A DNA stretch of 43,974 nucleotides from Patescibacteria group bacterium. Lineage in GTDB: Bacteria > Patescibacteriota > Microgenomatia > UBA1400 > PJMF01. The stretch covers positions 1-43,974 of the forward strand of contig JBGTEY010000006.1 in NCBI GenBank assembly GCA_041747555.1, written 5' to 3'. The notes below the pieces were generated by a model, which was given only the letters and a program-made list of their open reading frames with translations, searched no databases and was not told the origin of the DNA. Positions 9,000 through 18,136 of the stretch are shown piece by piece; the first letter of the stretch is position 1; each line of letters starts with the position of its first letter. A program made the position numbers and the translations under genes.

Positions 9000-11201
9000 C
9001 TATATCGGACACGCCCCAGACTCACATTTGAGATGCTCGTAATCAATATCCTCCATGAGATTTTCATCTTTTTCAATCTCATTAAGCACGCGCATAAATT
9101 CAGAAGTCGTTACCGGTTGCTCTGGTTGGTACTCATATGCTGTAGCATCCTGCTGTGGCATAACCGAGCAGCATTTGATCAGTCCTTGATACTTGCGAAC
9201 CATTTCTGAGTAGCCTTTGAAGGTCACTTTTTTGGGGTTGTACTTGAGTGTGTATGAAACTTGATTACCCGTATCCTCGAGTGGCGTTTCACCATCTTCT
9301 GCTACACCCACGATCCAGTATTTTTCGAGAAGCATCAGCCATTTGTACTGCTCTTCTGGCGTGGCCTCGCTAGCGGTGACCAATTTACCGTTCATCCCTA
9401 TTCTGCAAATAAGTGGCTGAGTAGGGAATCCAACTGCGGTTGAACCCTGATAACTCTTGAGCTCTTTGATTGGATAGCCTTTCTTCTCATAGCGCTTTAC
9501 CATTGGATCGTCGCTTCGATACTGCACCCATCTGAGATACTCACGCATGCTGGGAAGGTGAGCTCCCTCTGTCAGAGCAAAGAGTTTGGAAATCGTGCCA
9601 GAAGGTTTAATCGTAGTATTCGTGTGTGGCACGTTTACTTTGAGCATTTTTGAGTAGGACTCTGCTTCTTCGACGACTGCTCGCTTGAATCGACTCAGCG
9701 TCAACCAAAATTCTTTCGATTTCTCCTCGTCAATCAAATCTCTAAATGCAAACCCAAAGGTATTCCAGGCGAACTCGTGTATACCGGTCATGCCAACACC
9801 AATTCTATTAGTGCGTTTAACCTCTCTATTGTAAAGACAATCCATGGTATTAACCCTAATTAACGCCCGTGCCATCGCTCTAAATGCTTCTTCGGCATCG
9901 TCAAGTGTAGGACAAAAATACGGCACGACATCGCCGATTACACAGTATCCACCCAGCATATTGAGTGAAATTTCCCCACAAGGATTGGGGATCTGCGAGT
10001 AGACTTTGGCACCAGCATTTTTGGCAATGTGTGAGAGCATTTTCTCTGTTCTAGTCATGGGTTTATACTTGTCGCTCTCCGCGTACTTACCATCCTGATA
10101 GCCTTCAAATCCGTCGTCATTCTGCACCAATCGATGCTGATTAATAAAACCTGGCTCACCGGTTCCATCATTGTATGAGGCTTCTAAAATTGTCTCTAAT
10201 ACTTTGCGAGCGTGATTTGTCCGTTGTTTCCAGAACATTTCATCAACAGCCACAGAATTATTGGCACTCCAGAGGAAACCACCTCGTTTAATCTCTATAA
10301 AATCAAAAATTCCTGGATCTGACCAAGTCTTAGTAGCAATTCGAGCACTTCGTCGCGCTCCACCCACCAGCACGCATTCCGCCAAGTAATGATCGACGAA
10401 AATGGCTTGCTTCCAGGGTGCCATACCCGCACCTTTGACCGTGGTTAATTTCTCAATTGCATTCATCAATGGTTTTGGACCAGAAGATGGACGATCCTGC
10501 ATACCTCTAATTGGCTGACCCTTTGGTCGCACCTGTGAAAAGTCCAAAATCAACAACTCGTCTTTAAACTTCTTTTCATATGCCATCACCTCAACCATTT
10601 CTACCGCTTGTGCCCAACCTTCTCTGCTATCGGGTACATGAAACCAATGAATCCCATCACCTTTGCCATATTTATGCTCAGCATCACGGACACTTTCATC
10701 AAATCCCCAGACAAAATCAGCATGTTCATCAGAAATAACACATCGTACATTGGGCATGTTGTCCCAATTCACGATACACATGTCGTCGTCATAGGCGCGT
10801 CCAACACCTGAACCATTCATTAGTAGATAAAATAAGACGTAAGAAAATGACGCGGTACTGCAGTTAGTAAACACCTCCATGTTGCGCGTTGGTTGGGATG
10901 CATCGCCATGCTGAAGATGACGACCGGACATGAGCATCGAACCATTACTAATATGTTTTTTGAGAATTTCAAATTCTTCATCGCGGTGTTTCTTGCGTTT
11001 GCCAGAAATAAGCGCTGTGTTTCCTACCGCAACCCTGTCTGCAACTTCGCTCCAGGTTTCCCAGCGTTCTCTGCCTGTCTTCTCATCCTCGATTCTCCTC
11101 AAGTATGTCCGTCTTGCAACTGCTCGTCCCATTCCTTGGTCAAGTTTGCGTTGGATGAACTTCATCTTTTTTTTGGGGAGTGTGGACTGAGATGGTGCCA
11201 T
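9000..11201 (-). CDS. nrdJ: Adenosylcobalamin-dependent class II ribonucleotide reductase, monomeric RTPR-like (Lactobacillus leichmannii type), 733 aa
   Basis: Motifs TNCSTASF, GSGVGRAYD, SGPKPLM, VGGARRSA, SANNSVAV, NPCGEISL and the C-terminal Cys pair CESGACPI match my recollection of the 739-aa L. leichmannii enzyme (which ends CEGGACPIK). AAGGAA lies upstream of ATG 11201. The gene sits 9 nt downstream of nrdR. Confidence 0.88.
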   Translation of the reverse strand: MAPSQSTLPKKKMKFIQRKLDQGMGRAVARRTYLRRIEDEKTGRERWETWSEVADRVAVGNTALISGKRKKHRDEEFEILKKHISNGSMLMSGRHLQHGDASQPTRNMEVFTNCSTASFSYVLFYLLMNGSGVGRAYDDDMCIVNWDNMPNVRCVISDEHADFVWGFDESVRDAEHKYGKGDGIHWFHVPDSREGWAQAVEMVEVMAYEKKFKDELLILDFSQVRPKGQPIRGMQDRPSSGPKPLMNAIEKLTTVKGAGMAPWKQAIFVDHYLAECVLVGGARRSARIATKTWSDPGIFDFIEIKRGGFLWSANNSVAVDEMFWKQRTNHARKVLETILEASYNDGTGEPGFINQHRLVQNDDGFEGYQDGKYAESDKYKPMTRTEKMLSHIAKNAGAKVYSQIPNPCGEISLNMLGGYCVIGDVVPYFCPTLDDAEEAFRAMARALIRVNTMDCLYNREVKRTNRIGVGMTGIHEFAWNTFGFAFRDLIDEEKSKEFWLTLSRFKRAVVEEAESYSKMLKVNVPHTNTTIKPSGTISKLFALTEGAHLPSMREYLRWVQYRSDDPMVKRYEKKGYPIKELKSYQGSTAVGFPTQPLICRIGMNGKLVTASEATPEEQYKWLMLLEKYWIVGVAEDGETPLEDTGNQVSYTLKYNPKKVTFKGYSEMVRKYQGLIKCCSVMPQQDATAYEYQPEQPVTTSEFMRVLNEIEKDENLMEDIDYEHLKCESGACPI

Positions 11202-11210
11202 GATTGTTCC

Positions 11211-11705
11211 TTATGAATTAGTACTTTTTACACTATCAACTTGGCTTAAATCCTTTGATTTTTGCAAGTTTTTAATTTCTGATACAAAATCGTCAAGACT
11301 TTCAAAATCTCGATATACACTTGCAAACAGTAGGTATGAAAGCGAGTCAATCGACTTGAGCCGATTGATCACCATATTTCCAATTTCCCAGCTCTTTACT
11401 TCACTTGATTTTTTCAACCGGAGCTTGCGCTCTACGTCATCGAGCAATTCCTCAATATCGCTCATTGAAACGGGCCGTTTCCAGGTTGCTTTAACCACGC
11501 CGCGCTTGAGTTTTTCACGAGAAAAATCTTCTTTTTCTCCGTCTTTTTTGATGACCTTGAGATCAATTCCTTCAACTCGCTCGTACGTCGTGAATCGCTT
11601 CTCGCAACTTAAACAACAGCGACGTCGGCGAATTGATCGCTGGTCTTCTGCGTCGCGAGAATCTATGACGCTTATTTCGACTTTACTGCAGTATGGGCAT
11701 TTCAT
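11211..11705 (-). CDS. nrdR: Transcriptional repressor NrdR (zinc ribbon plus ATP-cone), 164 aa
   Basis: MKCPYC...CLSCEKRFTTYERVE zinc-ribbon signature followed by an ATP-cone-like region (VIKKDGEKEDFSREKL). Start moved to ATG 11705. Confidence 0.95.
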   Translation of the reverse strand: MKCPYCSKVEISVIDSRDAEDQRSIRRRRCCLSCEKRFTTYERVEGIDLKVIKKDGEKEDFSREKLKRGVVKATWKRPVSMSDIEELLDDVERKLRLKKSSEVKSWEIGNMVINRLKSIDSLSYLLFASVYRDFESLDDFVSEIKNLQKSKDLSQVDSVKSTNS

Positions 11706-11739
11706 AAAGGTTTTGAGTACAAAAACACGAATCAACTAA

Positions 11740-11755
11740 GTGATGTATGCATCAC
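11740..11755. promoter_or_regulatory. Second 16-bp imperfect palindrome upstream of nrdR (GTGATGTATGCATCAC)
   Basis: Inverted repeat GTGATG..CATCAC, 25 bp centre-to-centre from the NrdR-box candidate. Its half-site polarity differs from the NrdR consensus, so its identity is unclear. Confidence 0.2.
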
Positions 11756-11764
11756 AATACTAAA

Positions 11765-11780
11765 CCACTACATATTGTGG
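11765..11780. promoter_or_regulatory. Candidate NrdR box upstream of nrdR-nrdJ
   Basis: CCACTACATATTGTGG. On the minus strand this reads CCACAATATGTAGTGG, which matches about 13/16 positions of the remembered NrdR-box consensus acaCwAtATaTwGtgt. It lies 60-75 nt upstream of the nrdR ATG. Confidence 0.4.
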
Positions 11781-11852
11781 TTACCCGTTTAGACGGATAT
11801 AAAGAATCTCACAGAGAATGGGTAGCTGTCAACCTCCACAAACGTGATCAAA

Positions 11853-12383
11853 TTATTTTTCAAGAGAAGGAAGCAGTGCGCGTGATTCTTCGACGAGTTG
11901 CTGGACAACAGCAGCATCAGATGCGGGTAATTTTGAACTAAGCTCTTCAGAAAGCTTGGATTGGTGTTTTACTGCGGCGATAACGTATATCCGCTCTTCA
12001 TCACTCAACGGCTGCTGAAGCACATCGTGAGCGGCAGAAAGGACATATTTTTGCGACTTAGTGAGTGCAGTGACCGCTCGTTCGGTATCTTGTTTTTCTA
12101 AAAGCCGCTCTGCAACTTCGTATCGATCAATGCTGTACTGCACCTTGAGATACACCGATTCCTTTTCATCTGCCAACTCCAGCACAACACGATCCGCCAC
12201 CATCACAGCAGGATAAAACAAATGGTCAGGTAATATCTCTTTACCAAAGTAAATTTGCCTTGTAGAACTTCTTTCTTCTCCATGAGATGAAACCTGACTC
12301 GCCGACATCAATGAAATAAAGAAAATACTCACCCCAAAAACGAGTGAAATTGCCGCCGCAGTCCGCGATAGATTTTTATGCAT
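11853..12383 (-). CDS. Membrane-anchored helical protein of unknown function, 176 aa
   Basis: ATG 12383 (MHKNLSR...) has AAGGGA upstream. One N-terminal TM/signal anchor (AAAISLVFGVSIFFISLM) is followed by a predicted all-helical ectodomain. It is the last gene of a tightly packed three-gene unit. Confidence 0.65.
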   Translation of the reverse strand: MHKNLSRTAAAISLVFGVSIFFISLMSASQVSSHGEERSSTRQIYFGKEILPDHLFYPAVMVADRVVLELADEKESVYLKVQYSIDRYEVAERLLEKQDTERAVTALTKSQKYVLSAAHDVLQQPLSDEERIYVIAAVKHQSKLSEELSSKLPASDAAVVQQLVEESRALLPSLEK

Positions 12384-12403
12384 TATTTTCCCTTGTTTTA
12401 ATA

Positions 12404-13066
12404 TCAAAATGCGTGAAAGACGAGTACCATTCCCCAGATAGTGTGAGAAAGTACCAGCGCATAGGCGTTCTTTCGTCCGATGAACAGATATCCCTGCCCG
12501 ATTGCGAATAAAAGTAACAGTAACGCTTGCGACAGTATATCAGGTCCTTCAAATCTCAGGATTGCGTTGGGCATATGGAATGCCAAAAATATTAATCCAG
12601 AAATAAACACTAACAGCGCAGTTGACCATTTTGAAAATTTTTCTTCTAAAATTGTGACAACAAAACTAAAAAATAACAGCGTTTCCCAGAAGGCTGTTAA
12701 CATCGCAAGTAAGAACTCTCTCCAAAAAATTGGCGATTCAAACAATAACACTGCCTCAACTACAGCACCCCTCTGAAGGAGCGATAAAATGGAAACTGTA
12801 AAGCCAAAAATTCCACCAACGGCAATTCCGAGTAATAACCCAGATTGTAATTTGTATGGTGCGAATGATTCAGCAATTGATTTATTTTTGGTAATCGTGA
12901 TGTAAATCCACACCGGCAAACCAAAAAATAGTGCTTTCCCAATAGTCTCATCAAACCACACTGGGAATTGAAATAAACTCCGATACAGAATCCAGAGCAC
13001 AAAGACAAGGATGAGGAGCGGGAAAAAAATGACGTTTGAATCTATATTAGTCTTTGTTGATGGCAT
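12404..13066 (-). CDS. CPBP (CAAX protease/Abi) family intramembrane protease-like protein, 220 aa, with divergent motif 1
   Basis: Polytopic membrane protein. Motif 1 is WETLLFF, where the canonical form is EExxxR. Motif 2 is FLAFH (FxxxH). Motif 3 is HTIWG (canonical HxxxN/D). Its start overlaps the upstream gene by 20 nt. Confidence 0.7.
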   Translation of the reverse strand: MPSTKTNIDSNVIFFPLLILVFVLWILYRSLFQFPVWFDETIGKALFFGLPVWIYITITKNKSIAESFAPYKLQSGLLLGIAVGGIFGFTVSILSLLQRGAVVEAVLLFESPIFWREFLLAMLTAFWETLLFFSFVVTILEEKFSKWSTALLVFISGLIFLAFHMPNAILRFEGPDILSQALLLLLFAIGQGYLFIGRKNAYALVLSHTIWGMVLVFHAF

Positions 13067-13682
13067 TCAGGACGGTCTCGAGTGCTTTTTGTTGATTAAC
13101 GGAATAAGTATCAATAACAACATCGTATAGTTCTTGACGCCAAAAATCAATTGGGTCATTGGCAGAAAGTGTGCCCGGTTTTACAACCCATTCATTCCAT
13201 TCTTCAGAATACATTCGTTGCCATTTTTCTAAATTAGAAACGTAGCGATCGTACATGCTTTTTTTGGCAACCTCGGCTGCAACGGCATCTCTATTAACAA
13301 TCCGGTCAATTCGAACGGCATCATCGCTACAAATCATCAAAACTTTCAAAACTTTGGGCACTTGTTGCGCCATGAATCCGGATAACCAAGATTCAAGTAT
13401 CCAGTGATTTTCATTGGTGAGCTTTTCTCGCATACCCATATCAACTTCACGATCAAATTCGTCTCCATAGTCTGTTGCTGCGTGATGATGAGACGCATTT
13501 TTGTCAAAATATCCGTGCTCTATTGCATATGCTCTCATAAATTCACCGCCACTAAAACCTTTCCAGCCGTCAAATTTAAGACTGTCTTCTGCCTTTAATT
13601 TTTGCAAAAGGGTGGTTGAACCGCATCCTGGGAGTCCAGAAATAGTAATGTTGGTAAAATGAGAATGTGCTGTAGTGCTCAT
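13047..13682 (-). CDS. Nucleoside/nucleotide kinase-fold protein (cytidylate-kinase-like family), 211 aa, with no Lys in its P-loop
   Basis: ITISGLPGCGSTTLLQKL P-loop-like segment with Ser where the Walker A Lys is expected. Overall layout resembles the cytidylate kinase-like 2 family, from memory. ATG 13682 has GGAG 6 nt upstream. A canonical cmk is present elsewhere in the window. Confidence 0.7.
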   Translation of the reverse strand: MSTTAHSHFTNITISGLPGCGSTTLLQKLKAEDSLKFDGWKGFSGGEFMRAYAIEHGYFDKNASHHHAATDYGDEFDREVDMGMREKLTNENHWILESWLSGFMAQQVPKVLKVLMICSDDAVRIDRIVNRDAVAAEVAKKSMYDRYVSNLEKWQRMYSEEWNEWVVKPGTLSANDPIDFWRQELYDVVIDTYSVNQQKALETVLNAINKD

Positions 13683-13740
13683 AAAAATCTCCAATTATTT
13701 GATATCGATAGTATACGATTCTATAACAAACTGGCAACAG

Positions 13741-14223
13741 TTACAGGCTGAACTTACACGCAACGGCTGACTCAATTGAATGTGCAACTTGATCAATTCG
13801 TTGCTTTGCCTGCTCAAGTGTCAATTTATTTTCTGAAAGTGGAAAAAAGTGAAAGACGCGATTTCTGCATTCTAGCCATGTTTCCCAGAGGTCACGAGCA
13901 ACTTCCTCGCCGCATAACTGCACTAAATCGTCGTACAACCAATCTTCATCGCGCTGCTCTCGATAGACATCGGGATTGAGTGCTCGTCCAATCCTAAATC
14001 GCTTACCTTCGTACGTCTTCTTATCAATCAACTCTAGATCATAAAAATAGAGCTTTAAAAAGCCCTCATACGCCTTGGCTATGGGAAACACTATAAATGA
14101 GTAATCTACCAGTAAGCCAGGATTCTCTTGCTCACGTTTGTAGAGTTGATACGCAACATCGATCAACATTCGGTGTCGTTCGTGGAGGTACTCAATGGTG
14201 CTGCTTCTGAGCGCATCGTTCAT
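13741..14223 (-). CDS. Small all-helical protein with an RNxxxH (HEPN-like) motif, 160 aa; hypothetical
   Basis: ORF 13741-14256. ATG 14223 (MNDALRSS...) has TGcTATAGT 7 nt upstream. The motif ECRNRVFHFF fits the HEPN Rx4-6H / RNxxxH signature and lies about 40 residues from the C-terminus. Confidence 0.6.
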   Translation of the reverse strand: MNDALRSSTIEYLHERHRMLIDVAYQLYKREQENPGLLVDYSFIVFPIAKAYEGFLKLYFYDLELIDKKTYEGKRFRIGRALNPDVYREQRDEDWLYDDLVQLCGEEVARDLWETWLECRNRVFHFFPLSENKLTLEQAKQRIDQVAHSIESAVACKFSL

Positions 14224-14230
14224 TTGATAC

Positions 14231-14239
14231 ACTATAGCA
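14231..14239 (-). promoter_or_regulatory. Extended -10 box TGcTATAGT, 7 nt upstream of ATG 14223 (leaderless candidate)
   Basis: Plus strand reads actatagca at 14231-14239, followed on the minus strand by gtatcaa and then the ATG. Confidence 0.45.
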
Positions 14240-14272
14240 GAGAATTCGGCAGGCATTGATTGCGCTCATGAC

Positions 14273-14281
14273 TGCTATAAT
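14273..14281 (+). promoter_or_regulatory. Extended -10 box TGcTATAAT for the PBP/GH18/PBP unit
   Basis: acTGcTATAATagg, 42 nt upstream of ATG 14324, in the 100-bp divergent intergenic region. Confidence 0.45.
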
Positions 14282-14323
14282 AGGAATATTGTTTTTACGT
14301 CGACACATGTAGTACGCCAAAAA

Positions 14324-16720
14324 ATGTCAAAAAAATCTTCTGCCAGCTCAGCCTCTTCCCTCAAAAATTCACTTGAATCTCAAATCTTAGGCGCCAAGAA
14401 AAATATTAAAAAAGTCGTCGCCCCAAAAGCATCAAAAAAAAGACCTTGGTGGCTTCGGCTACTCATTTTTCCATTCTTTGTCATCTACTGGTTAATTAAA
14501 AATCCTGTCACTCGATATGGGTTGTTGCTGTTATTTGCATTTGGATTGCTGGGATTTGGATTTTTACTCCAAGAATTACCATCTCCAAGACGACTGACTT
14601 CTGGTGATAATTTTGCAGTCAGCACTCAAATTTTTGATAGAAATGGTGTATTACTCTATGAAATTTTTGCCGATGAAAATAGAACTCCCATTGAACTCGA
14701 GACATTGCCCCCCTATGTCGCGCAAGCAACTATCGCTATAGAAGACAAGCATTTTTACTCGCATCATGGATTTGATTTTGTAGGAATTAGTCGAGCTGCA
14801 TTGAGCAATCTAGGCGGCGGTAGACTCGAAGGTGGTTCAACAATTACGCAACAGCTCGTCAAAAATGCCCTCCTCACCAGAGAGCGCTCATATCAGCGTA
14901 AAATCAAGGAAGCAATCCTCTCCATCATCACCGAAATCATTTACAGCAAAGAAGAAATTCTTGAAATGTACCTCAATTACATTCCCTATGGAGGAACAGC
15001 GGTAGGTATAGAAGCTGCATCACAACAATATTTTGGAAAATCCTCCAGTCAACTCACTGTCTCAGAAGCAGCATTGCTAGCCGGGCTGCCGCAGGCACCG
15101 TCACTCTACTCTCCATTTGGATCAAACCCAGAGCTTGCCAAAAGGCGTCAAAATGATGTGCTGAGAAGAATGACCGAGGATGGCTATCTAACCGAAGAAG
15201 AAGCTGTCGCCGCGCATGACACAATCCTCAGTTACGCACTCTCCAGAACGGACATTAAAGCTCCCCATTTTGTATTTTATGTCCGCGACCTTCTCTATGA
15301 CGAATATGGTGTTGAAACCGTTGAACGAGGAGGGTTGCGGGTAACCACAACGCTGGACCTTGAACTCCATAACGTGGCGCAAGCGTCACTTTCTGCAGAA
15401 GTTAATGATCTCGAAAAATACAGAGTTTCAAACGGTGCCGCCATGATCATCAAACCAAATACTGGTGAAATTCTTAGCATGATTGGGTCGCGCGATTACT
15501 TTAATGCAACTGCTGAGGGTCAGGTGAACGTCACCATCGCCCAAAGACAACCAGGAAGTTCGATCAAGCCAATCATGTACGCTACTGCCATGCAAGAGAA
15601 AAAATTAAACCCAGGGAGTGTTTTGATTGATTCACCAACGTGCTTTACCAATCCTGGCCAACAACCGTACTGTCCAAAAAATTATGATGGTTCATTTAAA
15701 GGTCCTGTCACACTCCGCAAGTCACTCGGAAACTCCCTTAATATTCCTGCTGTCAAAGCTTTGAGAACCATTGGTGTATCTACTTTTATTGATCAAGCCA
15801 CAGCCATGGGTATCACGTCTTGGAAGGACCCAAGTAATTATGGACTGTCACTCACGCTTGGCGGTGGTGAGGTGCGAATGATTGATTTGGTACAGGCATT
15901 TAGTGTGCTCGCAAATCAGGGTGTAAAAACTCCGCTGACGCCAATTCTGCATATAGAAGATTTTAGAGGTAAAGAACTGATGGTTGTTGATATTGAGGAA
16001 AGAAAACAGCACCTTGCAGAACTGACAGCGAACACCCGCGACAAAAGTGAGGGCGATTTAACACGCGTCATGGATCGCGCCCCTGCCTATCTCACATCAC
16101 ATATCATGCAAGATAACAACGCTCGAGTTGAGGCATTTGGGTCTCGCTCTGAGCTTGTGATTCCTAATCAAATCGTAAGTGCCAAGACAGGCACAACCAA
16201 CGACTTGCGCGATAACTGGACTGTCGGTTTTACCCCAGAATATCTAGTGATGACTTGGGTGGGCAATAACGACAACCAAGCGATGAATGGTGCAGTGGTA
16301 TCGGGCGTAACTGGGGCTGCCCCAATTTTTAATGACATCATGAGCTACATCCTTGGTGATAGCGAGTCAGTTTGGCAAGAAAAACCACCCGATGTGGTAT
16401 CTGCTAATGTCTGCGAAACCGGATTCCCATCTCGAGACGGTCAGTCATGCCTCATGCAAAACAATGATATGTACTGGGAGTTGAGTGAACCATCAATTGC
16501 TGAATTTTCAAGAAAAGAAACATGGATTGATCCCAGCACTGGTGTTCCTCCAGCGTATGGTGAGCAGATAGAAGGCCTAGTGCTCGAAGAACGAACGCTC
16601 GTCCGCGATCCCGTCACTGATGTTTACTGTCTCGACTGTAATCGCGCCGTCACCGAAGAAGGACGTGTCATTTATGAACAACGAACTGTGACTCACGACT
16701 ATCAGGTGAAAGAAAATTAA
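14324..16720 (+). CDS. Class A penicillin-binding protein (glycosyltransferase 51 plus transpeptidase), 798 aa
   Basis: N-terminal TM; GT51 motifs EDKHFYSHHGFD, GGSTITQQLVKN and RKIKE; transpeptidase SSIKP (SxxK), SLN (SxN) and KTGTT. Confidence 0.93.
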   Translation: MSKKSSASSASSLKNSLESQILGAKKNIKKVVAPKASKKRPWWLRLLIFPFFVIYWLIKNPVTRYGLLLLFAFGLLGFGFLLQELPSPRRLTSGDNFAVSTQIFDRNGVLLYEIFADENRTPIELETLPPYVAQATIAIEDKHFYSHHGFDFVGISRAALSNLGGGRLEGGSTITQQLVKNALLTRERSYQRKIKEAILSIITEIIYSKEEILEMYLNYIPYGGTAVGIEAASQQYFGKSSSQLTVSEAALLAGLPQAPSLYSPFGSNPELAKRRQNDVLRRMTEDGYLTEEEAVAAHDTILSYALSRTDIKAPHFVFYVRDLLYDEYGVETVERGGLRVTTTLDLELHNVAQASLSAEVNDLEKYRVSNGAAMIIKPNTGEILSMIGSRDYFNATAEGQVNVTIAQRQPGSSIKPIMYATAMQEKKLNPGSVLIDSPTCFTNPGQQPYCPKNYDGSFKGPVTLRKSLGNSLNIPAVKALRTIGVSTFIDQATAMGITSWKDPSNYGLSLTLGGGEVRMIDLVQAFSVLANQGVKTPLTPILHIEDFRGKELMVVDIEERKQHLAELTANTRDKSEGDLTRVMDRAPAYLTSHIMQDNNARVEAFGSRSELVIPNQIVSAKTGTTNDLRDNWTVGFTPEYLVMTWVGNNDNQAMNGAVVSGVTGAAPIFNDIMSYILGDSESVWQEKPPDVVSANVCETGFPSRDGQSCLMQNNDMYWELSEPSIAEFSRKETWIDPSTGVPPAYGEQIEGLVLEERTLVRDPVTDVYCLDCNRAVTEEGRVIYEQRTVTHDYQVKEN

Positions 16721-16746
16721 TAGGTACGCTGCCCAAGCGGTCCCAC

Positions 16747-18039
16747 ATGCAACGCATTTTTACTAAAGAAAAGCGAAGGGTTGTTCATCAACCACACACC
16801 CCTTCTCCTAAAACAAATAAAAATACACATCGCCATTCCAAAGTAGTAGTTGTGATCGCAAGTATCGTAGCTGGTATTATCGTTGCAACATCTTTAATCT
16901 GGTGGTTCTGGGAAGAACCCCTGCTTTCTCCAATCAATTCACTTACTACGTTCCGCTTCTTAGGCACGTCAGAAATTGTATCTGATTCAGAAAAAATTGT
17001 GTACGGATTTTTACCATACTGGAATGTCAAACAAGTTGCGATTCATCCAGAACTAACACACCTCGCCTATTTTGCACTGACCATTGGCCCAGATGGTAAT
17101 CTAATCACCCGCATGGATGATGCCGCAGAACCTGGATACAACCGCTTGGGATCAGAAGAATTTTTAGAACTCAGCAATGTTATGAGGGCTCGCGGAGGCT
17201 CAACCGAACTTGTCCTGTCCCAATTTAACGCAGATGACATTTACAGCTTTCTCTCGTCAGAAACTGCTCAAAATCAACTTCTCCTGTCACTCGACAGTAT
17301 TCTGCTTGCATATCCAGTGAGTGGTATCAATATTGATATTGAGTTGAGTGGAAGTACAACGCCTGCGCTCAGAGCGAACTTAACGCAATTTATGAAAAAA
17401 TTGCGGACTCACCTCAACACAAAGTATAGCCACGTGCAGCTTTCAATCGATATGTATGCAGGAGCGGCATCAAGTCCACAAATTTGGGAGGTGGCAGAGA
17501 TTGCTCCCCATGTGGATTATATTGTTGTTATGGCATACGACTTTCATCAGCGATCATCACCACTTGCTGGCCCAGTTGCTCCCCTCTTTGGTGGTCAAGA
17601 GCTTTGGGACAGTGATATCAATCAGCATTTAGAAGCATTTAGTGAAGTCGTTCCCCCAGAAAAATTATTACTCGGAATTCCATTCTATGGTTACGAGTGG
17701 CAAACAACTTCACGTGACTCACAGTCACACACCTTTCCTGACACGGGCTCAACCGCAAGTATTCGAAGAGTAAACGAATTGCTCGCTCGCAAAGAAGAAT
17801 TAGAAGTCCAGGAGCACTGGAATGAAGCCGCGCTTTCACCCTATCTTTCCTACAAAGTGGACGATGAACTCTATGTTATTTACTATGAAAATAGCCGGTC
17901 AATTTCTTATAAACTTGATTATGTAAATCAACTTGATCTTGGCGGCATTGCGATTTGGGCCTTGGGATATGAGGGAGATTCGCGAGAATTGTGGGATGTT
18001 ATCAACAAAAAAATGCAGCTTTCACCAACAGAGCCATAA
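16747..18039 (+). CDS. Membrane-anchored glycoside hydrolase family 18-like protein, 430 aa
   Basis: N-terminal TM (VVVIASIVAGIIVATSLIWWF). GH18-like catalytic strand SGINIDIE (D-x-E retained) and the MAYDFH motif. It resembles YaaH/YdhD-type peptidoglycan hydrolases. Confidence 0.78.
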   Translation: MQRIFTKEKRRVVHQPHTPSPKTNKNTHRHSKVVVVIASIVAGIIVATSLIWWFWEEPLLSPINSLTTFRFLGTSEIVSDSEKIVYGFLPYWNVKQVAIHPELTHLAYFALTIGPDGNLITRMDDAAEPGYNRLGSEEFLELSNVMRARGGSTELVLSQFNADDIYSFLSSETAQNQLLLSLDSILLAYPVSGINIDIELSGSTTPALRANLTQFMKKLRTHLNTKYSHVQLSIDMYAGAASSPQIWEVAEIAPHVDYIVVMAYDFHQRSSPLAGPVAPLFGGQELWDSDINQHLEAFSEVVPPEKLLLGIPFYGYEWQTTSRDSQSHTFPDTGSTASIRRVNELLARKEELEVQEHWNEAALSPYLSYKVDDELYVIYYENSRSISYKLDYVNQLDLGGIAIWALGYEGDSRELWDVINKKMQLSPTEP

Positions 18040-18136
18040 CCAATGTGTAGCCTGGAATTCTGCTCCACAACCGCTGTTTCCATTCACGATAAACCATGAT
18101 ATCATCGCGCTAGAATTACTTTCCAGATTGTACTGA

